A program made the translations under genes and the position numbers. A DNA stretch of 64,000 nucleotides from Pseudooctadecabacter sp. (lineage in GTDB: Bacteria > Pseudomonadota > Alphaproteobacteria > Rhodobacterales > Rhodobacteraceae), in contig NZ_CBFHNH010000003.1 of the NCBI RefSeq assembly GCF_965657175.1, forward strand, positions 94,155 to 158,154, in the 5' to 3' direction. Of the stretch, positions 25,789 through 35,643 are shown piece after piece. Under the pieces are notes generated by a model. It was not told the DNA's origin, made no database searches, and saw only the letters and a list, made by a program, of their open reading frames with translations. Positions within the stretch are counted from its first letter, which is position 1. Each line of letters begins with the position of its first letter.

Positions 25789-25900
25789 GGTGGTATTCCT
25801 CTGGGTCTGCGGCGGAAGGCGGTTCAGTTACCGCTAACGTTGGCGGTCTTATAGCGGAAATCAGGCAGGCTACAACTGCCCTCAGAAGGTTGACAATCAG

Positions 25901-26659
25901 ATGACGGATGCAGGGTTTCAGCCGGTCTATATTCATGGCGAAGATCGGTCATCACGCTGGCTGATCACGTGCGATCATGCCACCAACACTGTGCCGCCTT
26001 GCGTGAATGGCGGTGACCTTGGGCTGCCCGCAGCAGACATGGCCCGCCACATCGCCTATGATATCGGGGCTGCAGGCGTCACATGCGCGTTGGCAGACAC
26101 ATTGGGGGCACCGGCGGTTCTGTCGAATTTTTCGCGGATGGTCATTGACCCCAATCGCGGCCTGCATGACCCAACTTTGTTGATGAAGCTTTATGACGGA
26201 TCGGTCATACCGGCAAACCGGCATGCGGACGCGGATGAAAAAGCGCGGCGCGCCGATGCGTTCTATGCGCCCTATCATGATGCCATCGCGCAGCTGGCCG
26301 CCCGTCAGGATGATACGGTCATTGTGGCTGTGCATTCGTTCACCCGCCAACTGCGCGCCCGCCCACCGCGCCCTTGGCATATTGGCATTCTCTACGCGTC
26401 AGACAGACGCTTGTCAGACCCGTTGATGGATATCTTGCGGGCCGAAGATGATCTTTGCGTCGGCGACAACGAACCCTATGTCGGGCATTTACCTGGTGAC
26501 AGTATTGATCAGCACGGATTAAAAATGGGCCGTCCCAATACATTGATCGAACTGCGCAACGACCTGATTGAAGACCCCGACGCACAGCACGCGTGGGGGG
26601 CGAGACTGGCCCCCCTTTTGGAACGTGCCCTACAGCAGATGGAGACGACACATGCCTAA
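25901..26659 (+). CDS. N-formylglutamate amidohydrolase family protein
   Basis: CDHATN, HIAYDIGA, FSRMVIDPNR, YHDAI, VHSFT, DNEPY, IELRNDLI. Confidence 0.88.
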   Translation: MTDAGFQPVYIHGEDRSSRWLITCDHATNTVPPCVNGGDLGLPAADMARHIAYDIGAAGVTCALADTLGAPAVLSNFSRMVIDPNRGLHDPTLLMKLYDGSVIPANRHADADEKARRADAFYAPYHDAIAQLAARQDDTVIVAVHSFTRQLRARPPRPWHIGILYASDRRLSDPLMDILRAEDDLCVGDNEPYVGHLPGDSIDQHGLKMGRPNTLIELRNDLIEDPDAQHAWGARLAPLLERALQQMETTHA

Positions 26660-26978
26660 ACTGGACGCCCAGACCCAGATCGAACTTGAGGCGGCAGCCT
26701 TCCGCCGCTTGCAACGGCATCTGATGGAAGACCGCACGGATGTGCAGAACATCGATATGATGAACCTTGCGGGGTTTTGCCGGAACTGCCTGAGCCGCTG
26801 GTATCAGGAAGCCGCCGTAGAGCGGGGCATCGAGATGTCCAAAGACGAGGGCCGGGAGGCTTTTTACGGCATGACAATGGACGACTGGAAGGCCAACTTC
26901 CAAACCGATGCGACGGCAGCGCAAGGGGCGGCATTTGAAAAATCGTTTGAGGAAAACGTAACTTCAAAACACAGGTGA
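26652..26978 (+). CDS. DUF1244 domain-containing protein
   Basis: IELEAAAFRRL..HL..RTDVQNIDMMNLAGFCRNCLSRWY. Confidence 0.9.
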   Translation: MPKLDAQTQIELEAAAFRRLQRHLMEDRTDVQNIDMMNLAGFCRNCLSRWYQEAAVERGIEMSKDEGREAFYGMTMDDWKANFQTDATAAQGAAFEKSFEENVTSKHR

Positions 26979-27000
26979 TATCGCCTGCGGCGGGCGGGCG

Positions 27001-27060
27001 AACAAAATTCCGGAATTTTGTTGCCTCCGGCGGAGGTATTTTTGAACCAGAGAAACAGGG
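27001..27060. repeat. Intergenic repeat family, copy B (palindrome plus core)
   Basis: Perfect palindrome AACAAAATTCCGGAATTTTGTT joined to GCCTCCGGCGGAGGTATTTTTGAACCAGAGAAACAGGG. Confidence 0.85.
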
Positions 27061-27064
27061 CGCG

Positions 27065-27655
27065 TTAACGGCGACGCAGGAATGTCGGCAAATCGTTGGT
27101 CGCCAAGGCCTTGGCCTGTCCTACCCAATTGTCACGGGTAACCCGACCTTTGAACCCTTCGAGGTTGTCATCCACCCACGCGATTTCGTCATCGGTCCAT
27201 GCCGCGATCTGGTCGTAGTGGTAGAACCCGAGGTCGTTGCACAGCACCGCAAGCTTGGGTCCGATGCCGCTGATCTTCGTCAGATCGTCAGGAATGCCGT
27301 CGCGCGGCGCGTCTAGCCCTGTGGGCATTGTGGACGCGGGAGTTGGGTCTGCCTGTTGCGGGGGCAGTGTTTGCACGGCGTCCGTGGCCACGGTTGGAAA
27401 GGACACCGGCGGCGGCGTTGGCCTGCGGTAGCCTCCCCCTTCCATCGGCGGGATGTTTGTGTCCGGGCCTGCGAGGGCTGCTTTCGTGCGGGCACGTTCG
27501 CGGTCGAGTTGGGTTTGGAGACGGAACATTTCATCGGCGCTGGCCCGTCCTGCGCCCCCACCCCAGATCAGCTTACCGGCAACCAATCCAACCAAAGCCG
27601 CAAGCGCCAGAAGCACCCAGATTTCGGCCAGCAGAAAGCCCCATTCCTCAAACAT
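27065..27655 (-). CDS. Membrane-anchored protein with C-terminal HhH-like (COG3743-type) domain
   Basis: N-terminal TM, Pro-rich linker, DDLTKISGIGPKL...LGFYHYDQIAAWT...GRVTRDNWVGQAKALA. Confidence 0.8.
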   Translation of the reverse strand: MFEEWGFLLAEIWVLLALAALVGLVAGKLIWGGGAGRASADEMFRLQTQLDRERARTKAALAGPDTNIPPMEGGGYRRPTPPPVSFPTVATDAVQTLPPQQADPTPASTMPTGLDAPRDGIPDDLTKISGIGPKLAVLCNDLGFYHYDQIAAWTDDEIAWVDDNLEGFKGRVTRDNWVGQAKALATNDLPTFLRRR

Positions 27656-27676
27656 ATCTCGGTCCTTTGATCTGCA

Positions 27677-29827
27677 TTACGGATCGCGCAGTGCGCCTTT
27701 TTCGAACCAATCGATCTCGGTCCGTCGGTTGAGGGTCCGACCCTCGGGTGTATCATTGCTGGCCACGGGCCTTTGTGCGCCAAATCCAATTGCGGTGATC
27801 GCGCGGGCGGGCACGCCACGATCAACAAGGGCGGCACGCACCGCGGCGGCACGGTCCTGGCTTAGAATTTGGTTTTGGTCCGCGTCACCAGAGGCATCAG
27901 TATGGCCGGACACCTCAAGATCAAGATCGGCCTCGACACAAGGTTTGGCGACAGCCGCCAAGGCGTTGATCGTTCGAATGGACGTCGCATCAAGCCGCGC
28001 GGAGCCGGACAGGAAGTTGATTTGCCCCGCCTCCAAGATCGCGCGCGATTGCGCGCTGCAGCCATCCAAGGTGGTGGAAAAATCGAGGTCGGGAATCCAG
28101 AATCCGTCCAGAAACACCTCGGCCAAGCCCGTGGCCGCATTGATCCGCGCACTGCCTTGTTGCGGCAAGGGCGCCACCGGTTGGATTGAGAACGCGACGT
28201 CTGGGGGCAGCCGTTGGGCCAGATCAGTCGCCAACAAATCGATATCGACCGAAGGGGACGTCACCAGATCAAGGGCCATGCCCGCACCATCAGCGGAAAG
28301 GGTCAGCCGTTCCAGTTCGGGCAACACGTCCGCAGCGATGGTCAAAATGTCGGAAGCTGCTGTGGGATTATCATCCTCAGCCGCGACGGTTGGGGATCCG
28401 AGAACCCGTACGCCCAGCGCCGCGGTCAGGTCATCCGCCGACAGTGTCGTCGGCAAACGCCCCTCAACCGAAGCGCCCGTTTCTGCTGAATAGGTGAGGG
28501 ACCACGCAGCCGGTGAGCCGTCGTCGATATAGGTTATATCCCGCGTGATGGTGGCCGGGGCGCCGTCCAGCAACCCATCAATCACGCTGCCGATTTGGGG
28601 GGACGCCGCCTGACCTGTAAGGGTGATGGTCTCTTCGGTGACGACCAGCGTTCCATTTTGAAGTTGGCCGAGTGCCGCCACACCTGCGTCTGCATTGGCC
28701 GCGAATGTTTCGCTGGATACAAAGCTGCCCCGTCCCGTGTCGGTCAGCGGCAGCCCCAAGGGGCTGCGGGGTGTGAAATCTGCGGGGTATTTGCCGGATG
28801 CTGTGACAGTTGTGCCAGTAAAATCGATCGTCAGTCGCAAAGGCGCCCCGTCATCCGTGACGTCGAGCGACGGCGCGACCGTGTATGTCGACGGCACATC
28901 GCCCAACATCGCAGTCACTTGCGACAGTGCGTCAGGTGTCCCACGTCCGCTGATGTTGATCGTCTGGCCTTCGATCTGCAACCGCCCTTCGTCCAGCAGC
29001 GCCAAAGCATCCAATCCTGTGCTGGCCATGGTTGGCCAATCTGTTTGCGCTGCCGGAATGCGTGCTTGATCGATGTCCAAGGCCGCTGTTGGAAACCGGT
29101 CCGTCACCTCCGCCAGCGCCATATCTGAGGGCAATTTGCCCGTTGCACGTATGATTTCACCGGACCGCCGCACATCAAGGCTCGGGGGGCGACCATCATC
29201 CAGGACGTCGATGCGGTCCTCAAACACAAAGCCAGCTGGCAAGGCCTGCATCACCCCGATAAGCGCATCCCGTTCGAGGGGCCCTGCAACCGTTCCATCA
29301 AGGGTGACTGTCCGGTCGCTCACCGTCAAAGCACCGGATGGCAGCGCCGAAAGCCCGTCCAACCCTGTCACGAGAGCTTGCGTCCAGTCCCCATCGGGGG
29401 CGCCAGCGGCTAAGGCCAGATCTGCAAAGGCCTGCCCGTCGATGCCGCCCAACACACGTCTGGCGTCTTCGTTGGGCAAGACACCCTCTGCGACCAATTC
29501 ACCCGTGTCGTCTTTCAGAACGCTCACCACAAAGGGAGATACAACGGGCAGTAAATCCACGCCGGACACGTCCAAAACCCGCAAGCCGTCGATTGCGCCA
29601 AAGACGGTGGTGATGGTGTCCAACTGGCCCGACGTCTCAACCACGCCCGTCACTGTCACGTCACGGCCAGACACGGCGACCGTTAAGGGCGGCTGCATTT
29701 CCCCTGCCAAAACGTCAGCCTGCGCAGTGATAGCGCGTTCGATCCGCACGGCATGATCCATGCTCGCCCAATAGGCCAACCCGCCTGTTCCTGCGATCAA
29801 CAGCAAAACGCCGATCAGCTTGCGCAC
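27677..29827 (-). CDS. OmpA-family peptidoglycan-binding protein with BON-like repeats
   Basis: N-terminal TM, three repeated units (G.DAL..L..G.L......I.L.G), C-terminal OmpA domain (INF..GSA.L, SGHTD, NQILSQDRA.AV, NRRTEI). Confidence 0.85.
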   Translation of the reverse strand: MRKLIGVLLLIAGTGGLAYWASMDHAVRIERAITAQADVLAGEMQPPLTVAVSGRDVTVTGVVETSGQLDTITTVFGAIDGLRVLDVSGVDLLPVVSPFVVSVLKDDTGELVAEGVLPNEDARRVLGGIDGQAFADLALAAGAPDGDWTQALVTGLDGLSALPSGALTVSDRTVTLDGTVAGPLERDALIGVMQALPAGFVFEDRIDVLDDGRPPSLDVRRSGEIIRATGKLPSDMALAEVTDRFPTAALDIDQARIPAAQTDWPTMASTGLDALALLDEGRLQIEGQTINISGRGTPDALSQVTAMLGDVPSTYTVAPSLDVTDDGAPLRLTIDFTGTTVTASGKYPADFTPRSPLGLPLTDTGRGSFVSSETFAANADAGVAALGQLQNGTLVVTEETITLTGQAASPQIGSVIDGLLDGAPATITRDITYIDDGSPAAWSLTYSAETGASVEGRLPTTLSADDLTAALGVRVLGSPTVAAEDDNPTAASDILTIAADVLPELERLTLSADGAGMALDLVTSPSVDIDLLATDLAQRLPPDVAFSIQPVAPLPQQGSARINAATGLAEVFLDGFWIPDLDFSTTLDGCSAQSRAILEAGQINFLSGSARLDATSIRTINALAAVAKPCVEADLDLEVSGHTDASGDADQNQILSQDRAAAVRAALVDRGVPARAITAIGFGAQRPVASNDTPEGRTLNRRTEIDWFEKGALRDP

Positions 29828-29923
29828 GATGCTCTCCAGCCTGATAGGGCCTTATGCCGACCCTTTGTCGGAGTATGGCTGCCTCAAAGCCGCTATGGCA
29901 AGCGACACGGGGACAAAGAGGGC

Positions 29924-30784
29924 TTAAACGGCGGCTTTGCGGCTTTCTTCGAGGTAGATTTCGCGCAGACGGGTCGCGATGGGGCCCGGTGCGCCAGACC
30001 CGATCTGATCGCCATCAATCTCAACCACCGGCATCACAAAGGTGGAGGCAGAGGTGATAAACGCCTCATCGGCGTCTTGGGCTTCTTCGATGGTGAACGA
30101 CCGTTCTTCAACCTTCATCTGCGCTTCTTTGGCGAACCGCAAAACAGCGGCACGGGTGATCCCATGCAAGATATCATTGCTCAGCTGACGGGTGATGATG
30201 CTGTTGCCTTTGACGATATAGGCGTTGTTGGACGTGCCTTCGGTGACTTTGCCGTCCTGCACCATCCACGCATCGTCACAGCCTGCGGCCTTCGCCATCA
30301 TCTTGCCCATCGACGGATACAACAGCTGGACGGTCTTGATGTCACGGCGCCCCCAACGCTGATCTTCGATGGAGATGACTTTCATCCCTTTTTTGGCCGC
30401 AGGGCTATCCGCCAGACCGGGCTTGTTCTGGGTGAACAACACCAATGTCGGCTTCACATCCTCGGACGGATAAGCAAAGTCGCGATCCCCCGCGCTGCCA
30501 CGGCTGACCTGCAGATAGATCATCCCTTCGTTGATGTCGTTGATGCGGACCAACTCACGGTGGATCTCCAGCAAGTCATCAAATGCCTCGGGCTTTTGCA
30601 TCTCAAGCTCGTTCAAGGACCGCTCCAACCGGACCCTGTGACCTTCGAAATCAATCAGCTTTCCGTCCAGAACCGACGTGACCTCATATACCCCGTCAGC
30701 CATCAGAAACGACCGGTCAAAGATCGAAATCTTGGCGTCTTCTTCGGGCAAATACTCTCCGTTGACGTAGACGGTGCGGCTCAT
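29924..30784 (-). CDS. dat: D-amino-acid transaminase (class IV PLP)
   Basis: VYVNGEYL, FDRSFLMADGVYEV, YLQVSRG, RDIKTVQLL, TEGTSNN, ILHGITR. Start at MSRTVY (30784). Confidence 0.92.
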   Translation of the reverse strand: MSRTVYVNGEYLPEEDAKISIFDRSFLMADGVYEVTSVLDGKLIDFEGHRVRLERSLNELEMQKPEAFDDLLEIHRELVRINDINEGMIYLQVSRGSAGDRDFAYPSEDVKPTLVLFTQNKPGLADSPAAKKGMKVISIEDQRWGRRDIKTVQLLYPSMGKMMAKAAGCDDAWMVQDGKVTEGTSNNAYIVKGNSIITRQLSNDILHGITRAAVLRFAKEAQMKVEERSFTIEEAQDADEAFITSASTFVMPVVEIDGDQIGSGAPGPIATRLREIYLEESRKAAV

Positions 30785-30875
30785 GTGGGTCTCCTTTGGG
30801 CATAGCGGATGTTGACTTGGGGGCGGTCCCTCTTTCCACTGATGCGGTAGCGCGGATGGGATGCGAGGGGAAGAG

Positions 30876-31325
30876 ATGTTTTCAAATGGAACAGCGGCAA
30901 CGGTGATGTTGGTCGCAGGGATCGGCATTCCCGTTCTGGCGGCCATGAACGCCAATCTGGGCCAACGGTTGGGGTCGCCCGCGTCGGCGGCGCTGGTGCT
31001 GTTTGCTGTGGCAGGCGTCACGGCTCTTGTTGCGGTGCTGGTGTTTGGTGGGCGGTTCACAGGTGTGGGGGCTGCGCCAAAGCATCTGTTTCTCGCAGGG
31101 GCGTTGATCGCGTTTTATGTGCTGTCGATCACGTGGATCGCGCCCAGTTTCGGGGTGGGAAATGCGGTGTTCTTTGTGCTGCTGGGGCAACTGGTCTCTG
31201 CGGCGCTGATTGACCACTTCGGCCTGCTTGGGGCGCAAGTCACACCGATTACACTGACCCGACTGGCCGGGCTGGCCGTCATGGGCGCAGGCGTATTCCT
31301 GACCCAGATCGCAGGCCGCGCCTAG
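30876..31325 (+). CDS. DMT family (YdcZ/DUF606-like) transporter
   Basis: PVLAAMNANLG, LFLAGALIAFYV, LGQLVSAALIDHFGLLG. Start 30861 or 30876. Confidence 0.85.
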   Translation: MFSNGTAATVMLVAGIGIPVLAAMNANLGQRLGSPASAALVLFAVAGVTALVAVLVFGGRFTGVGAAPKHLFLAGALIAFYVLSITWIAPSFGVGNAVFFVLLGQLVSAALIDHFGLLGAQVTPITLTRLAGLAVMGAGVFLTQIAGRA

Positions 31326-32287
31326 CCCCATAGATCGACCAAAGGCGGATGAACCCCCTGCCCGTCAAAGGCAAGCGGCACATCGCGGTCTTCAGCCAAC
31401 AAGAGCGGCCCATCAAGGTCCACAACCTCCGCTCCCTGCGCCACTATTGTGGCAGGGGCCATGGCTAAAGACGACCCGACCATACAACCCACCATCACCT
31501 GGTATCCGGCATCGCGTGCGGCCGCATTCAGCCGCAAGGCCTCAGTCAATCCGCCGGTCTTATCCAGCTTGATGTTGACCATATCGTACTTGCCCGCCAG
31601 CCCCGCCAAAGTCGCCGTGTCATGACAGCTTTCGTCGGCACAAACCGGCAAAGGCCGTGCAATTTCGGCCAACATGTCATCCTGTCCTGCGGGCAAAGGC
31701 TGTTCCACCATGGTAACACCCAGCCGCAACAGATGCGGCGCCAGATCGGAATAGACCTCCGCTGTCCATCCCTCATTGGCATCCACAATGATCGTGCTGT
31801 CCGGCGCACCGGCCCGAACGGCCTCAAGACGCGCCATATCATCAGGCGTGCCAAGCTTGATCTTCAACAAAGGCCGATGGGCATGTTTGGCCGCCGACAC
31901 CTTCATGTTTTCGGGCGTGTCCAAAGACAGGGTAAAGGCTGTGATACAAGGCGCAGGCGCGGGCACGCCGATCATCTCCCACACACGTTGGCCCGCGGTT
32001 TTGGCCTCCAGATCCCACAACGCGCAATCCACGGCATTGCGCGCGGCCCCTGCGTTCAAATGATCATACAGCCCCTCACGGGTCACATCCTCAGGCAGGG
32101 CCGCAATCTGTGCGGCCACAGAACTCATCGTTTCGTCATAACGGGCGTAGGGCACACATTCGCCCCAACCTGTCACACCGTCCCGCGTGATCCGAACCGT
32201 CAGCACCTTCGCCTCCGTCCGCGATCCACGTGAGATCGTGAAAACCTCAGCCAGTTTGAACACATCTTGCGCGACGGTGATGGTCAT
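31322..32287 (-). CDS. dgcA: N-acetyl-D-Glu racemase / dipeptide epimerase (enolase superfamily)
   Basis: FTISRGSR, GWGECVPYARY, AARNAVDCALWDL, LKIKLG, VDANEGW, CADES, IKLDKTGG, DLDGP. Adjacent to a DUF1611 gene. Confidence 0.8.
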   Translation of the reverse strand: MTITVAQDVFKLAEVFTISRGSRTEAKVLTVRITRDGVTGWGECVPYARYDETMSSVAAQIAALPEDVTREGLYDHLNAGAARNAVDCALWDLEAKTAGQRVWEMIGVPAPAPCITAFTLSLDTPENMKVSAAKHAHRPLLKIKLGTPDDMARLEAVRAGAPDSTIIVDANEGWTAEVYSDLAPHLLRLGVTMVEQPLPAGQDDMLAEIARPLPVCADESCHDTATLAGLAGKYDMVNIKLDKTGGLTEALRLNAAARDAGYQVMVGCMVGSSLAMAPATIVAQGAEVVDLDGPLLLAEDRDVPLAFDGQGVHPPLVDLWG

Positions 32288-32294
32288 AGGCGAC

Positions 32295-32334
32295 CCCTGT
32301 TTCGTTTTGCCAAAAATACTCCCGCCGGAGGCTC
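32295..32334 (+). repeat. Intergenic repeat family, copy C
   Basis: CCCTGTTTCGTTTTGCCAAAAATACTCCCGCCGGAGGCTCC, between dgcN and dgcA. Confidence 0.8.
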
Positions 32335-32354
32335 CGACGACAGCCACTCAACGC

Positions 32355-33356
32355 CTACAGTGCGGCAAGCGCATCCACCAGCCGCCCCGCCCCATGACGG
32401 AACGGATCAACCGCCGGAAGGCCCATTCGGTCCTCCACCTCTTGCAGATAGGCATTGGATTCATCTTCGGACAAATGCTGCGTGTTCACGGAAATGCCGA
32501 TCACCTGACACGCAGGGTTCGCCACGCGCGCCATCGCAAGGGCGGTGTCGCGCAGGTCTTCAAGGCTGGGCTGTTGATAATCGGGCAATCCGCGCATGTG
32601 TTTGCGGGTCGGTTCATGGGACAACACCAGGGCATCAGGCTGACCGCCATGGACCAGCGCCATCGTCACTCCCGAATAGCTGACGTGATATAGGCTGCCC
32701 TGCCCTTCGATGTGATCCCAATGATCATCATCGTTGTCAGGGGTCAAATACTCCACCGCCCCGGCCATAAAATCCGCCACAACAGCATCCAGCGGCACAC
32801 CGCCACCGGTGATCAGAATGCCCGTCTGGCCGGTGGGCCGGAACGTTGATTTCATCCCGCGCTTGCGCATCTCTGCATCCATCGCAAGTCCGGTGTACAT
32901 CTTGCCCACGGAGCAATCCGTGCCCACCGCCAAACAGCGCTTCCCGCTGCGCTTGACGCCATTGGCAATCGGATAGGCCGTCGATGGAATCCGCACATCA
33001 TGGAGGGACCGGCCATTGACCTTGGCCGCCGCCACCAGATCGTCCTCATCACGCAGCAGATTGTGCAAACCCGACGCGATGTCGAAGCCCATCTTCAGGG
33101 CCTCGATCAGGACCTCTTTCCATGCCTGCGAAATCACGCCGCCACGGTTGGCCACGCCGATCACAAGGGTTTGTGCACCGGCTGCTTTGGCCTCTTCCAA
33201 CGACAGATCGTCAAGACCCACATCCGCACCACATCCGGGCAACCGAATTTGCCCCACGGCATTTTCAGGACGCCAGTCCTTGATGCCTTGCGCCACTTTC
33301 GCAGCAAGTTGATCCGGCGCGTCGCCGAGGAAAAGAAGATATGGGGTGGGAATCAT
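32355..33356 (-). CDS. dgcN: DUF1611 protein, D-glutamate N-acetyltransferase
   Basis: MIPTPYLLFLGD, ASGLHN, VGTDCSVGKMYT, TGQTGILI, IEGQGSL, VHGGQPD. Confidence 0.82.
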   Translation of the reverse strand: MIPTPYLLFLGDAPDQLAAKVAQGIKDWRPENAVGQIRLPGCGADVGLDDLSLEEAKAAGAQTLVIGVANRGGVISQAWKEVLIEALKMGFDIASGLHNLLRDEDDLVAAAKVNGRSLHDVRIPSTAYPIANGVKRSGKRCLAVGTDCSVGKMYTGLAMDAEMRKRGMKSTFRPTGQTGILITGGGVPLDAVVADFMAGAVEYLTPDNDDDHWDHIEGQGSLYHVSYSGVTMALVHGGQPDALVLSHEPTRKHMRGLPDYQQPSLEDLRDTALAMARVANPACQVIGISVNTQHLSEDESNAYLQEVEDRMGLPAVDPFRHGAGRLVDALAAL

Positions 33357-33428
33357 GTTGGCCTCCAGGTGCTTTCGCGCAGACTGCGGCGGGACGGACG
33401 GGAATTGATGCCGAAATGTCGCCGCAAA

Positions 33429-33452
33429 CAACAAAATTCCGGAATTTTGTTG
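33429..33452. repeat. Isolated palindrome of the repeat family, copy E
   Basis: CAACAAAATTCCGGAATTTTGTTG (24-bp perfect palindrome) in the dgcN/mcl divergent region. Confidence 0.85.
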
Positions 33453-33590
33453 CGCCAAATGATGCTAACGCACGAAACTTTACTGTCACGCCCTTCGTCC
33501 CTTTCGCACTTGCAGCACGTCGCGCAATAATCTACCCGTCCGATCAGCAGAAAACGCAACATCATTACCCGCCCGATGAAAGGTGCCCCC

Positions 33591-34550
33591 ATGTCCTTCC
33601 GCCTCCAGCCCGCCCCGCTTGCCCGTCCAAACCGCTGTCAGCTGTTTGGCCCAGGCTCGAACACCAAGCTGTTCGAAAAGATGGCGGCCTCGGCTGCGGA
33701 TGTGGTCAATCTTGACCTTGAGGACTCTGTCAGCCCCACAGACAAAGACATCGCCCGCGCCAATGTGATTGAGGCCATCAACGCCGTCGACTGGGGCACA
33801 AAGACGGTCAGCGTCCGGATCAACGGGCTCGACACACCCTATTGGTATCGCGACGTGGTCGATGTAATGGAACAAGCCGGCGACCGATTGGATCAGATCA
33901 TGATCCCGAAAGTCGGCTGCGCCGCTGATGTCTACGCCGTTGATGCACTGGTCACCGCGATTGAGGCCGCCAAGGGCCGCACCAAGCCGATCACCTTTGA
34001 GGTCATCATCGAAAGTGCCGCAGGCATCGCCCATGTTGGGGAAATCGCCGCCGCCTCCCCCCGTATGGCCGCCATGTCGCTGGGGGCTGCGGACTTTGCC
34101 GCGTCCATGGGGATGCAGACAACCGGCATCGGCGGCACGCAGGACAACTACTACATGTTGCACGGCAACACACGCCACTATTCCGACCCATGGCACTGGG
34201 CGCAGACCGCAATTGTCGCGGCCTGCCGGACCCACGGGGTGCTGCCCGTAGACGGCCCCTTTGGCGATTTCAGCGACGACGAAGGCTACCGCGCGCAGGC
34301 GCGCCGGTCCGCCACCCTTGGCATGGTCGGCAAATGGGCAATCCATCCCAAACAGATTGCGCTGGCCAATGAGGTCTTCACCCCGTCGGACGAGGCCGTC
34401 ACCGAAGCGCGTGAGATTTTGGCCGCCATGGAAGAGGCCAAAGCACGCGGCGAAGGGGCCACCGTGTACAAGGGCCGTCTGGTCGATATCGCCAGCATCA
34501 AGCAGGCTGAGGTCATCGTGAAACAGTCCGAAATGATCGCCAAAGCCTAG
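33591..34550 (+). CDS. mcl1: L-malyl-CoA/beta-methylmalyl-CoA lyase
   Basis: [59 protein letters not shown]-terminus characteristic of Rhodobacter Mcl1. Confidence 0.85.
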   Translation: MSFRLQPAPLARPNRCQLFGPGSNTKLFEKMAASAADVVNLDLEDSVSPTDKDIARANVIEAINAVDWGTKTVSVRINGLDTPYWYRDVVDVMEQAGDRLDQIMIPKVGCAADVYAVDALVTAIEAAKGRTKPITFEVIIESAAGIAHVGEIAAASPRMAAMSLGAADFAASMGMQTTGIGGTQDNYYMLHGNTRHYSDPWHWAQTAIVAACRTHGVLPVDGPFGDFSDDEGYRAQARRSATLGMVGKWAIHPKQIALANEVFTPSDEAVTEAREILAAMEEAKARGEGATVYKGRLVDIASIKQAEVIVKQSEMIAKA

Positions 34551-34680
34551 ACCGGGGCCAAGCCCACACCGATCAAGACCAAACCGCGGCAATGTGCTCA
34601 CATTGCCGCTTGGTCAAGCGCGCCGTTGCAAACCTGTGTCGACAGGCCTTATATCGCGGGAAAGAACCGGAAGGGCCGAC

Positions 34681-35643
34681 ATGACCAACTACCTCGACTT
34701 TGAAAAACCGCTGGCGGAAATTGAAGGCAAAGCAGCAGAGCTGCGCGCCATGGCCCGCGCCAATGAGGAGATGGACGTCGAGGCTGAAGCAAAGGCGCTG
34801 GATAAAAAAGCCGCCGATCTGCTCGTACAGCTCTACACCGACATGACCCCATGGCGGAAATGTCAGGTGGCCCGTCACCCCGACCGCCCCCATTGCAAAG
34901 ACTATATCGAGGCGTTGTTTGCCGAATACACACCGCTCGCCGGTGACCGGAATTTTGCCGACGACCACGCCGTTATGGGCGGTCTGGCGCGGTTCAACGG
35001 CCAGCCCGTGATGGTGATCGGCCATGAAAAGGGCAACGACACCAAATCCCGGATCGAGCGCAACTTTGGCATGGCTCGGCCCGAAGGCTACCGTAAGGCG
35101 ATCCGCCTGATGGACATGGCCGACCGGTTTGGCCTGCCTGTCATCACGCTGGTCGACACCCCCGGTGCCTACCCTGGCAAAGGAGCCGAAGAACGCGGCC
35201 AGTCCGAGGCAATCGCCCGGTCGACCCAGAAATGTCTGCAACTGCAAGTACCGCTTGTCAGCGTCATCATCGGCGAAGGCGGGTCCGGCGGGGCTGTGGC
35301 CTTTGCCACCGCCGACCGCGTCGCGATGTTGCAGCACAGCGTCTACTCCGTCATCTCACCCGAAGGCTGCGCGTCGATCTTGTGGAAGGACGCCGAAAAG
35401 ATGCGCGAAGCCGCAGAGGCGCTGCGTCTCACCGCGCAGGAGCTGCACCAGCTGGGTGTCTGCGACCGCATCATCGACGAACCGGTGGGTGGCGCGCACC
35501 GTCACAAAAAAGAAACCATCGCAAATGTGGGTGGGGTCATCGGATCAATGCTGGCTGAACTGTCTGGCAAATCCGCAGGGGGTCTGTCGACGGCACGGCG
35601 TCAAAAGTACCTCGATCTGGGCAAGCGCGGGTTGGCTGCGTGA
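34681..35643 (+). CDS. accA: Acetyl-CoA carboxylase carboxyltransferase alpha subunit
   Basis: [57 protein letters not shown]. Confidence 0.98.
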   Translation: MTNYLDFEKPLAEIEGKAAELRAMARANEEMDVEAEAKALDKKAADLLVQLYTDMTPWRKCQVARHPDRPHCKDYIEALFAEYTPLAGDRNFADDHAVMGGLARFNGQPVMVIGHEKGNDTKSRIERNFGMARPEGYRKAIRLMDMADRFGLPVITLVDTPGAYPGKGAEERGQSEAIARSTQKCLQLQVPLVSVIIGEGGSGGAVAFATADRVAMLQHSVYSVISPEGCASILWKDAEKMREAAEALRLTAQELHQLGVCDRIIDEPVGGAHRHKKETIANVGGVIGSMLAELSGKSAGGLSTARRQKYLDLGKRGLAA

